A stretch of DNA of 64,000 bases, from contig OZ024741.1 in assembly GCA_964016885.1 (NCBI GenBank), positions 145,886,001-145,950,000 of the forward strand, given 5' to 3'. Position numbers and translations under genes: made by a program. The stretch comes from Eledone cirrhosa (Eukaryota). The notes beneath the pieces are model-generated. The model had not been told where the DNA came from and did not search any database. It was given only the letters and a program-made list of their open reading frames with translations. Shown one piece after another: positions 36,851 through 49,162 of this stretch (within the stretch, counting starts at the first letter, position 1; each line of letters starts with the position of its first letter).

Positions 36851-38231
36851 AAAATCAGGAGGACTGGCATAGGCATAAGATCATTGTATAGGATATCTTC
36901 AGTAACTGTTCTGGCTCTTTGCATTCCAAGTTCAAATTCTGCTACAGGTGATAAACTTAGTGAGTTTCCCAGTTTAACACTAACACCTGATCCTTGGGTG
37001 CTTTTAGCAGAGTCCATTCTGTTATAAGCATTTAGACCAGGTTTCAGGATGCCTTCTCCCCTTACTTCTCCTGACTAGTTATGGAGTCCCTTGAAAAGGT
37101 TTATGGGTTGTGTCCTTCCTCTGTTAGATATGTTAATGTAGGAATCAGAGAGTTTATGGTTTTAAAACCCATTCCTGCCCTTCAGAATATTGTCTGCTAA
37201 CATAATTATGAATAAAAAAGAGAAAAAGGAAATGTCTTTACATTTTTATTTAGGTAATGAAGTGGGAGAATAACTGAATTCTCTCTAAACACTATTCAAT
37301 TTACATTGTAAATATAGACTTAACATTTGAAAATTTAATTTGAAAGATCTGAAGGAAAAAATAAAGTTGTAGCATGAAGGTTGATAGTATTAAATGTAAG
37401 AATTACAATAGCATTAAGAATTGTAATCATTTGAAAATTTATTAAGAAGTAGGAAATAAATTTCTATTTGGAATATTGCTATGAAAAATATTAAACAGGT
37501 TGAACTTTTGATCTAGAAAAATATATGTTTTGTAATATTATCAGTGTTAACCATTTAGATTGCCAACATTGAATCTTTCTCATGCATAAATGAATAAGGA
37601 TTGAATTTCTTTGTAATCTGTAACATACACTTGCATTAAAAGGCATTTTGGAAAACAAAGCTAAGTTGATATGATATTGGACTAGTAGCCAAAATAGTTG
37701 TGGCAGTCAATGCGACATGTACAAAACTTTCAGTACAATTAACTTAATCTGTATGATATCTTTGGCAGTTAGTACATTGTAAAATGACTTAAGGAAACTG
37801 TCTGCATTAAACACTATAGTTGAGTATGTGCTAATATATTTAATATTAGTAAGTACCAAAAATATTTCATCTAAATGAAATTACTCTTGCAGTGGGAAAG
37901 CATGGTGACTGTTGATAATCAAATCTGGTCAATATACAGGAGAGGGGATGGGGGCAACTTCGAAATTGTAATTAATTAAAAATTAGAGTTGTACATGCAA
38001 TGAAGAGATGAAAATCTTTGCTTGACCTATATGAACATTTTAGTTTGACTTATATTAAATATAGTAGCAAATTTGGACATGTTTCAGTATTATTTGAACT
38101 TTTTATCAAATTATAGCCTTTCTCAGTACTTGACATATCTAGTCATATAACTATATTAATGTACAAGAAATATACACAAGGTGTCACAGTTAAAGATAAA
38201 TTAGCTAGGGTTGTTATCTGCATGAAACACA

Positions 38232-38548
38232 GTAGTTGCGAGTGAGTGCTACCAACAGTTGAGTGAGCAATAACAATAGTTGAGTGACTGCCAATAAGTT
38301 TGAGTGAGTACTATCAATAGGTGAGTCCTAACAATAGTTGAGTAAGTACTAACAATAGGTGAGTAAGTGCCATCAATAGTTGAGTGACTGCTATTAATAG
38401 TTGAGAAAGTGCTATCAATAGTAGAGTGAGTGCTATCAATCATTGATTGAGTGCCAGCAATTGATGAGTGAGTGCTACCAATTGTTGAGTGAGTCTTATC
38501 AATATTTGAGTGAGTGCAATCAATAGTTGATTGAGTGCTAACAATAGT
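38232..38548. repeat. 21-bp minisatellite, ~15 diverged copies
   Basis: Consensus ATCAATAGTTGAGTGAGTGCT. The minus strand reads as (STHSTID)n in ORF 38249..38557. Confidence 0.9.
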
Positions 38549-39343
38549 CACATGCAACAGAGAAATGTCTTATCCACTATTGGCTTATCATTCATTTACT
38601 TAACAGTTTTGATAACAACCTGCCGGAAAAAGCCTCCAAAATGTAATACAAAAATGTTTTTCACAACGTTTGTAATTATCTAAAAACCTTCCAACATAAT
38701 TTTACATAAGAACATTCATTAAGTTTTGTCCCAAACACCAGCTTCATAATAAGAAATACCTCCAGATTTATGATTATTTTCAAACTATTTGAATACCTTA
38801 GGTAGTGTCTTCCATTTGGTAGCAAAAGGATTAAAGTTGTTATTGATCTTTTATTGAAAGAAAAGGCAGTTCCCTTTAAAACAGGACAGATTGATACCAT
38901 TGATTTTCTGCCTCAATTATATCAGCTCTACTCCTTTTTGAAAGGCATGAATGGAGAGAAGCATCCAAAATGCTGACATTCTAAGCAAGAATGACTAGTT
39001 GTAGTGGTTAGTATGAAACCTGGGAGTGAGGTTAACACAGTATGTATGATGAGAAGAAAAGATAAAAATGTGTTAGCGATACCTAAGTGATGGTTGCAGA
39101 ATCTAGCAAGATGTAGAGAGCACAAGCCAATGCAACAGAAGCAGAAGCAGAGAGAGGAGACAGCATGTCATTGGGCCAGATGTTGTGTTAATAAGCAACA
39201 TTATATAGTCGACTCATTTTTTCTGAATGGAGAAAACAGATAGACACTGGCCCAAAAGACCCTTGTGATTCAGAAAATCATTAGTTTATTCAGTGTAATT
39301 AAGGTTGAAGATTGCTAACGCTATGGTCAGCAATTCAATAATT

Positions 39344-39945
39344 TAACTTCACCTTCATTAAAACCAACCCTAAATCTTTTAGTATAAAAATTAAAAAAAT
39401 TCTAAAAATAACGAATTTTCTCAAATCTGAACATAAAAAAAATATTATTATAAATTCCAACTGAAAATATTATTCATTTCCAAAATAGTTTTATCAGCAC
39501 TGTTATTAATTACATTTTATTTCTGCTCAATTCACACAAAACACCCATAAACAGTATGAAAATACTTTATGCAAAAGTAATTCTACTAAATTTGAAACCA
39601 CAATTTATAAAATAAATAAAAAATCTACTAATTCTTGAGAAAAAACAACACACATTACAGAAAGAAAAATATAGTGAATTCTGTTTTCTTAAAATATATA
39701 AGGTTCCTATTAATCATGTCATTTAATCAATATCAAAAAAAGAAGCGATTTGTCTTCCTTTCATACACAATTATCGTATTCTACAGTATTCTATGAATTC
39801 CAAAGGTTCCATAGAATTTTGGAAATCGTCTTTTAATATTTCATGCTCCCAAAGGTCTCTCTTTACTCAAAATGGTGAGAAATTATAAAAAGGGTTTTTC
39901 TAACGCAAATTTGACAAAGAAAATCAGAAGGTATGGGTGAAGTTA
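39344..39945. mobile_element. Possible non-autonomous DNA transposon (~600 bp)
   Basis: 10-bp perfect inverted repeat TAACTTCACC / GGTGAAGTTA around an AT-rich interior. No second copy in the window. Confidence 0.3.
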
Positions 39946-39994
39946 TTTGATATATTTTTTTTCAGCCGTTATGAAGCTGAAGCATACATATATA

Positions 39995-40300
39995 TAGTAT
40001 GTACCACACCCACCCCACTCTCCCATACATTTCTCATGAGGACAGTTTGTAGCATACATCCAGTGAAGCCTCCAGCCCACACAGTAAAGTGATTGTGATG
40101 GCAACACGGCAAAAAAGCACCCAGCCCACACTGCAAATGTGGTTGGCATTAGGAAGGGCATCCAGTCGTAGAAACCAAGCCAGAAACAGTTCTGTGGGAG
40201 CAAAACACAATCATCTGACCCAACTTGCCTCAAATGAAACAACCGATCTAACCCATGCGAGTATGGAAAAATGAACGTTAAACAATTATGAAGATGATGA
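39995..40300 (+). mobile_element. RTE-tail element (SINE or LINE 3'UTR)
   Basis: CACGGCAAAAAAGCACCCAGCCCACACTG, AGGAAGGGCATCCAG.CGTAGAAA, CTAACCCATGC...GAACGTTAAAC..(GAT)n. Confidence 0.8.
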
Positions 40301-42085
40301 TATATATTCATTGGCTTATTCCTACTCCTTTCAATACCAACCTACCCAAGGCTGCCCTTGTTTCTACAAAACAAATTTCCTATTTTCAAGGATTCCTTAT
40401 TAAATGAAAATCTTTCTACATAATTTGATATAAGAACCTTTTGTTATGTTCACTTGCAAATATGTTCATATTATTTTCATAATAAATAAGTTTTATAAAT
40501 CGTTCCAAATTATTTATTAATCAATTGAAAAAGAGTGTATTTCTTTAGAAATGTAGTCACAAAAAGGTTAACAAGCAAAACTTCAAAGTAAATAGTTACT
40601 ATCAATAGCAAATATTACATTTCTTAATATTGTAATTGTAATCAATTAAACTCTTTAACAAAATTTTAGTTTATGTGTGGAGGAGAAGTGAAGAAATCCA
40701 GCAAAGCTTTTCTCTGTCATGTTTCCTATTATGAAAAATATATTTTATCTATATTCTGTTCTCTTAATCTAGCCCATAATGCTTTAATCTATACAGAAAG
40801 TGTTGATGTGTGAGAAAACTGTTCACTTTTATGACATTGCAGGTGTTAAAGGAAAAAAAATATCTAGTAAAAGCTACCAGTTTGTTTTTGAGATTATCAA
40901 TTGTACTTTAGAATTGTTGAATAGTTTGAAATTAACACACCTTGATATCGTCTATTTAACCTGAATTATCTTTCTCTATTTTTTTGGCTGGATACTTCTT
41001 TAAAGTAAGCAGCATAACAAAATTAAAGCTGAAGTCACTTATCTTCATCTGATAAATGCAGTATAGAGAATTGATACTGCAAAATAGATTGACAACAATT
41101 TCTGAAGCATAATGGCAACACCATGAAGAGATAAACCTCTTCAAACATATCTCTATGTATTGTTACACAGTTTTGATGAGTATTTATAGATAAAATATAC
41201 AGTGAAAATATTTCTGATTCAACCCCACAGTATGTGTTGTGTTAGAAAACTGAATATTTTTGCAGAGCCTATTATTTTTAATTATGTTTTATGCTCTGCA
41301 GTAGCATAACTTAGAAACATACACAGGCAGAAATGAGCAAGCTCACATACAGGTACACACACATACATACACACATGCACACATACACTTATACACATAC
41401 ACACATACACATGTACACAGACATACTTATGCACACTTGCACACTCACTTATAAATATATGTACATACACATGTACAAACACATCAATTTATACAAATAT
41501 GCACAACACATACATACACACAACTGTTATCAGCTGTTTGTTTAATTTTTTCATGGGATACCACATGCTTGAAAAGATATCTACTTATGGGGGGAGGGGA
41601 TGCTTTCACCTGAGATGGAATATTGCACACCAAACATTATACAGTGAAGACAAGTGGTTTAGTGTTCAGAGTTTTGAGCTTATGATTGTAAAGTCGTGAA
41701 TGTGATTTCCATACCAGGTGGCATGTTGTCATTATGCAAGACACTATTTTACATTGTTCCAGTGGACTCGGCTGGTAAAAAGTAATTACAATGACACGGA
41801 TGCCAAGCTGTATCAGCATATGCTTTTCCCTTGGAAAACATTGGTGACTTGAAGAGGGAAGACTGGCATGCATAGGCAACTGTTCTTCTACCACAAAACA
41901 CCTTACTCAGACCTGCACCTTGGAGAACATTCCAGATACACACCAATAGTCAGGCATGACTGAAGGATGCCTTGAAACATTACACAGACAAAAGCAGCTG
42001 CAGGATGCTGGATTCAATGTAAATGTTTACCAAAACAATTGAGCTCTTTACCTTAACATTCTGTAGCCCTATGGTTGTATTTATG

Positions 42086-42139
<54 letters not shown>

Positions 42140-42283
42140 ATAGGAACGAGTAGGACCCCGACGGCTGAGCTCAAGCCATTTCGACGGCTAATTCTGGGGT
42201 CCTACTCGTTCCTATTACCCACTCTACTACCCTAAGTATTGAGTACTTTGGTGCGTTATGGTCTACTTACCACATTTCCTTCG

Positions 42284-42285
<2 letters not shown>
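42140..42285. mobile_element. Short foldback element in (TA)n containing the 3' half of a hammerhead
   Basis: Perfect 20-bp inverted repeat 42140-42159 / 42196-42215. The loop on the minus strand reads GAAA-TGGCT(TGAGCTC)AGCCG-TC-GGGG. Confidence 0.6.
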
Positions 42286-42318
<33 letters not shown>

Positions 42319-42352
42319 TTTTTAATTCATGTATATATATACATATACATAC

Positions 42353-42404
<52 letters not shown>

Positions 42405-42426
42405 GCATGTATATGTATATATATAC

Positions 42427-42946
42427 ATGCATTAAAAAGTGACAATGGTGCTTTGTGGTTACTGATAAAAAAAGAAAACAAAAAAGAAAGATATACTGAT
42501 TGAGAAAGAGGAAACACAAGTACATGAAAGTTGGCAGTAAGCGGGGGGTGGGGGAGAGAGGGAAAGTTAATGATAATACCGAACATAAGTTATGAACCCG
42601 TACTAACAGCACGCACGCGGAAGAGAGAGAGAAAAAACATCTGATCATATCGAGAACAGCCACAGAGAGGAAGAGACGAAGGAAAACAGAAGTGAGTAAG
42701 GGGAGAGTGGTTAGGGGGCAGCGAGAGAAGGGTGAGAAAGACAATAGATAGTAAGAGAGAAAGAGAATAAGTGAGTGGGAGAGAGAAAGAGGGAGAAAAA
42801 GAAAGAAAAAATGGGTTAATACAAATTAACTGAACTTAAGTTCCAAAGCCGTATTAACAACAAGCAAAAGAGGAGAGAATGGAGTTCAGAGCATTAAATT
42901 AACATGAATTAAAAAGTAAAAATGGCTCTGTGTGGTTACTAATAAA
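42427..42946. repeat. Purine-rich 520-bp segment bounded by ~43-bp imperfect direct repeats
   Basis: ATGCATTAAAAAGTGACAATGGTGCTTTGTGGTTACTGATAAA vs ATGAATTAAAAAGTAAAAATGGCTCTGTGTGGTTACTAATAAA. Confidence 0.65.
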
Positions 42947-42967
42947 TATTATATATGTATATATATA

Positions 42968-43175
42968 CAGGGTGGTTCAAATACTTTGATTCCATTTGAG
43001 ATGTGAATATTCCAGAAACTACGAAGTCTAGGACAGGGAGACTGACTAGGCTTAATGTTGAGCAACCTAAGATTTATTCCTCAAAATTTGTCAACATTAT
43101 ACCACTAATTTCTGTAATATAGTGGTAGTTTCTGGGATATTTCCATCTTAAATTCTAATTCTTTAATAGACCCTA
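42968..43175. mobile_element. Tc1/mariner-type MITE (TA target)
   Basis: TA-CAGGGT...ACCCTA-TA ends. Subterminal inverted repeat TTTGAGATGTGAATATTCCAGAAACTAC / GTAGTTTCTGGGATATTTCCATCTTAAA. Confidence 0.7.
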
Positions 43176-46100
43176 TATATATATAAAACCCCCGTCCAAA
43201 CCCATGCAAGCGTGGAACACGGACGCTAAACCTGATGATGATGATGATGATGATGATTATATACATGCAGACACACATGCACATACTCACACTTATATGT
43301 GTATGTATATATGAGAAAAATCAACAAGGAGATATATCACAGAGGAACAACACAATACAATGATATAGTATCATAATGCTTGCTATAATTGGAAAAGTGT
43401 TTTAACATCTTGGATGCTAGTCCTTAATCAGAAGATAGAATGAAAGAGAGGTAAGAGGTTGATTGAGAGATAGGTGAAGAAATAGGAAGAATAAGAAAAG
43501 AAAAAAGAGGGGAAAATGAAAAGTGGATAAATATGTGTTTTGCAAGATGCTTCATGTAAAACTGTATGTTGGAACTTGTACTTTGAAAGGGTCATATGCC
43601 ACATGTACTCAAACATCATGCATACACAGTGCATGTAGATCTACTTGTGAGTCTACATTTGATAGTTATATAAGCACATGCCAAATGTATACAAACATCA
43701 TACAAAGGTTTACACATTTTATGTATTCATTTGTATCATCTTCTTGCTTCTCACTTTCTATCATTCAGTGCTTCTATTTCTTTCTCTCAGATAGATATAG
43801 ATATGTGCATATATACAGTTAAACATACACATATATACAGTTGAACATACACATATATACACCCAAATGCATTCAATATCATCATCGATAATGATTTGTC
43901 TAGAGTTTGGTTCCCAAAAGACTGTATTAAATGCAGTTGTGTGTGTGCACGCATGTGTGTGTGTTGATACCCATCTTTCTGCATTCAGTGGGTTTATACG
44001 CCCCATTATTAGACTATATTATTTAGGCAATGTTACAGTGAAGATTCTATTTCTATTTAAATTCTAAACTTCACTCACTGCATTCCAAATATACTTCATT
44101 TATATATACATATATGTTACATAATCATATATGTATGTATATATATATATATATATACAGAGAGAGAGGGGGGGGGAAGAGAGTACATTTTCCACTCTAT
44201 GCTTCAAAAAACAAATAAATCAATTCTCGTTCGGAAGTAGTTTTAGCTGTTTGAAAAAAGAACTTTAGTAAAAAAAAAGTGACTTGAATAGGGATTAAAA
44301 TTACATCGATAAAATATTGAAACCCATCCGTGTGTTTCAGATTGTAACGTTAGCTACACTGTAAGAAAATAATAGTATACATGCATGCTTACATCCAATA
44401 AGAACAAAATACAGGGCATAAAATTATATTAACAAAGGTTTGAAACCATACCATGGGTTTCATACAGCAATATTTCACATACTACAAGAAATAATAAGAT
44501 ACATGCATACATCTAATACAAACAAAATATTTGGAGCTTTTTCAACTTATTTTTTTGTAGGGATTATCAAATAAAATATTCAAAACTTATTATCTGCACA
44601 CGTTTTATCAAATCTGAGTGATGAACTTCTAAACAAAACTCTGTTACCAGTATGGCTAATGTATGAATCAATCTCAAGATATACAAGTTAATATTTGCAG
44701 CAGATCACATCTAAAGAAAACATGAACTTTTTATACAATATTTCTTATTTTATATTTTACTTCCATGACATTTGTTAAAAGATACTCAAAATACTTAAAG
44801 ATCAATATTCACATACAATTTATATATTATTGCATAGAAATCTGATAAATTTGTGATTGTATCGATTAAAATTCATTCTTCACCTTTTTAAAGATAAATT
44901 TTACCTCTTCAAATTCCAAATGAATTAATCGTATTACAATAAACCATATTAGTTGCTGGAATTTTAAGAAAGAATTTTATTAATTAAATAATTAAACTCT
45001 AAATAACATTGGTGAAGAAACTGAAAAGTATTAGAATCTACAAACACACAGAATCAAGTGAAAAATATTTAAATAATGTGAACTTACCTAATTCCAAAAG
45101 TATTTCCAGAAATGCAACAAAATCGAAAAAAATATATAAATAATTGTGATCATAACAATATAAAGAATATTTTGAAAATAAAGTATCAAGCATTTACAAA
45201 AACAATGCATTTATTCATTGAAATTGTTTTTTTTTCCAAGAAAGACAAAAAAAAACAGTGAATACATAGAAATCAAGACTAATAAATTATGCATAAAGAA
45301 AGATTTGTTTAACATCTATCAATACCAGAGGACTTGAATTATTTGTAGGATGGGAATCTTGAAAAATAATTATATTCATTCTTTTGTGTATTTTCTTTTT
45401 ATATATATATTCGTTTGTGATAAACAAAATTCTGAACTAATTTCATTAAGAGAATATGAAAGAAAAGTTTTCATTTAAACTATTCTTTAAAAATATTTGA
45501 AAACTCTTGAGGATTATCTGCAAGCTGCAAAACAATAGCCTGCTATTGTTGTTTTTTCTTTTGAAAAAAAATATCTATTGAAAAATTTAAATGAATATAT
45601 ATATGTGTGTGTGTATGTGTGTGTGTGTATGTGTATGTATATATATATATATATGCGTCTGTATATATATGTATGTGTGTGTGTGAGTGTGTGTTTGTGG
45701 GTGTGTGTATTTATTTACTTTATGTACTTTTGGTTTTCCTTAGAGATCCATTCTGAAATGAAATTATTGCTTCCATATTTAAATACATAAATATTTACAG
45801 TTATGGATAAATACACATTTTTTTTTTTCGTAAAGTTTTCATCTCAACCAAAGGGCATAACGATCTGCTTCAAAGTATTTCATCATTTGTTATTGTTATT
45901 ATTTTTATATCTGATTGTAAAATAATAGTTTATTGAGATTTTTTGCTTACTTAACAATAGGTTAGGTTGATAATTCAATTCTATGTTGTTTCTTTAGAAC
46001 TGCTTAGAATGATTTTACTTTCATATATATTGCATGTGAGAAAACATGCATATCTAATACTTTATTTACACATATACTATATTGTGTATGCATGCACAAA

Positions 46101-47184
46101 AACATCAATTTTTTAATATATTTTACTATGCTTGACTGAGTTGGGCAGTACATTCACACAGGTATATATAGATATACACATATATACATACATACACTAA
46201 CACATGAATATCATCTCCCTCTTTCTTTATATATGTACATACACAGGCACACATACATACACATATTATCATAATTTTAAGTTTGATCTGTTGTTACTGT
46301 TTGTGTCATTTTTTTATACTTACTGTCTTAAAAAAAAAGAAAACGTTGAATAATATAAGCCCAGATGACCTATCTGAAAACACAGATGGGGTAGCTACGC
46401 TTGGAAAGTTATTTCTTATAGTTCTGCTCAACCAGCCCACTATTATAAGGTTAAACAACAACAATTAAAATATTTTAAAACAAAAAGATTACAACTACAC
46501 CATTAATCTAAAAAGTCTATCTTATCCATCTAATCCACACATAAATAAACAAAAAATTGCAGCAAAATCAATTTCTTCTCTCTGCCAAAACTTTTTGTTG
46601 ATTTGCCAAAAATATAAATGCCATATCTATAGAAAAAACCTAGTGAGTTAGTAACCTACTCAAAACATCACAAAATACCAAAAGCTGGCCAGATAGTAAG
46701 CAGAAAACATAATTTTCATAAATTTAGTTCAGTTTACTCTTTTAATGGTTTCAATTAGATTTTGACCATTTTGTTAATCATATCTTATTTTTAAAGCCTG
46801 ACACTCATTTTTATTGATCTTTTTGTTGAACTGCTAATTTACAAGACATAAACACAAGCACATATGAAAATGTAAACACAAACATGAACACACACATGTC
46901 ATCATAGACAACAGACAAAAAATGATTATAATAGTTGTATTTTTATGTATACATGAAGGTTCAAATGCTTTCATAATATATTTGTTTTTACTCTTTTTGT
47001 TGTCACAGGTACACTTATAAGAATTACTTGTTTTTTATTCCATGTTCTGGATGCACATATCTCCATATTGTTATAATTGGATGATTAGACCATTTCTTTT
47101 TGAGACACATTACTAACTGCTTTGATAGATATATTAATCAGAAGATAAGTTATGTGATGTTTTTTTGGAATAAAAGTTTTTAGA

Positions 47185-48745
47185 TAAAAGTAAGCCACTC
47201 TACTTGGCATTTGTCGACCTTGAAAAAGCCTTTGACAGATTTCCACGTGCTGTAATCTGGTGGGCTCTTAGAAAAGTAGGAGTAGATGATTGGCTTGTGA
47301 AAGCGGTACAAGCCATGTATAGGGGAGCAGTCAGCAAAGTTAGGATTAGTAATGAGTATAGCGAGGAATTTAGCGTAGAGGTTGGGGTCCACCAGGGCTC
47401 TGTTCTTAGCCCTCTCCTGTTCATCATAATCCTGCAGGCAATAACGGAGGAGTTTAAGACCGGATGCCCATGGGAACTCCTGTATGCTGATGACCTCGCA
47501 CTTATAGCTGAATCTATGGTAGAACTAGAGAATAAATTCCAAACATGGAAGCAGGGACTAGAAAGAAAGGGTCTCAAAGTCAACATGACAAAGACTAAGG
47601 TCCTTGTAAGTAAACGAGAAAACAGAACCCAGATCCCCTCAGGGAACTGGCCTTGCTCAGTATGTAGGAAAGGTGTAGGTAGGAACTCCATTCTCTGCCC
47701 CAAATGCAAACAAAGGGTACACAAGAGATGTAGCGGGATCTCAGGAAGCTTAATTAAGAATGTAGGCTTCACATGCAGCAGCTGTGCTGGGACAGTAAGC
47801 AGCAAACAGCCACAGGAAACAATTACCACCAATCTCTGGGAAGGGCTCTGTAGAAACAGTAGACAGCTTCTGCTACCTAGGTGACAGAATTAGCAGCGGA
47901 AGTGGGTGTTCAGAAAGTACAATAACTAGGGTAAGAACGGGATGGAAGAAGTTTAGGGAACTACTACCACTGCTAGCTGCAAAAGGCCTCTCCCTCAGAA
48001 TGAAAGGCAGACTGTATGATGCGTGTATCCAAACAGCAATATTGCATGATAGTGAGACCTGGGCGCTGAAGGTGGAAGACTTACGTAGATTAGAGAGAAA
48101 CGAAGCCTGCATGCTCCGATGGATGTGTAACAGTAATATACGTGAACGACAAAGCATAAATGAATTGAGAGAGAGACTGAGCATAAAAGGAATCAAATGC
48201 TGTGTGCAGGAGAGGCGGTTGCGCTGGTATGGACATGTGATGCGTATGAAGGATGACAGCTGCATAAAAACTTGCAGAGCACAGGAAGTCGATGGAAACC
48301 GCGGAGTGGGGAGACCCAAGATGACCTGGGATGAGGTGATAAAAGCCGACCTTACCCAATTACACCTCTGAAAGGCAATGACACATGACCGTGACCTCTG
48401 GCGTCACGCAGTAATACAGAGTACCCGACGTCCCATGGGTACAAGCTGAAGCATATAGACAATATGTCCCCACACCCCCCACCGCAAGGTGGTCGTGGAG
48501 GTGCCACGGCAAAAAAGCACCCAGCCCACACTGTAAAGTGGACGTGTAGGCGCCACGAAAAAGCACCCAGCACTCACTGTAAATGAGGTTGGTGTTAGGA
48601 AAGGCATCCAGCTGTAGAAATCAAGCCAAATCAGTTCCTGTATGAGCAAGGCATGGTCAGCCGACCAGACACTGCCCACAACAGGACAACCCGTCTAACC
48701 CATGCTAGCGTGGAAGAACGGACGTAAAACGGTGATGATGATGAA
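47185..48745 (+). mobile_element. RTE-clade LINE, 5'-truncated, with a PHD finger inside the RT; one frameshift
   Basis: AFVDLEKAFD, GVHQGSVLSPLLF, LLYADD, then C4HC3 (CSVC..CPKC..H..C..CSSC). After a frameshift near 47830: VDSFCYLGD, GWKKFREL, RRLRWYGHVMR, GRPKMTW. 3'UTR ends in (GAT)n. Confidence 0.95.
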
Positions 48746-48911
48746 TGAGTAGCAAATTTGTCTTTATGGGAGAATTGGCATTGTGTATAGAGTGGCTTAC
48801 AATGTGATTACTGTATTTACACTAATTTTTTACTGGATTCCGTGATACTGACCAACTTTGTAGGGCATGAAGTTTCTATTCAAAAATAATAATTCACGTA
48901 TAATGTTTGTG

Positions 48912-49162
48912 TTAACACTTTCATTACCATATCTCTAATAAAAACAAACTTGCAGTGATTTTCAATTTGTTTTTAAATAATCAAGAAAATTGAAAAGATT
49001 TAGTAATATAACTAACTTATTATTAAGCTGATATTTGGAACTTAATAAAGGGTTTTGCATAAAATTATTATTGAAGATTTTTAGATAAATATAAAGACTT
49101 TAAAACAGCTTCGTATCATATAACCATGAGTGATTCCAGGCGGTTTGGTATCAAAAGCTTAA
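48912..49162. mobile_element. TTAA MITE family copy
   Basis: TTAA-CACTTTCATTACCATAT ... GGTTTGGTATCAAAAGC-TTAA. Confidence 0.7.
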
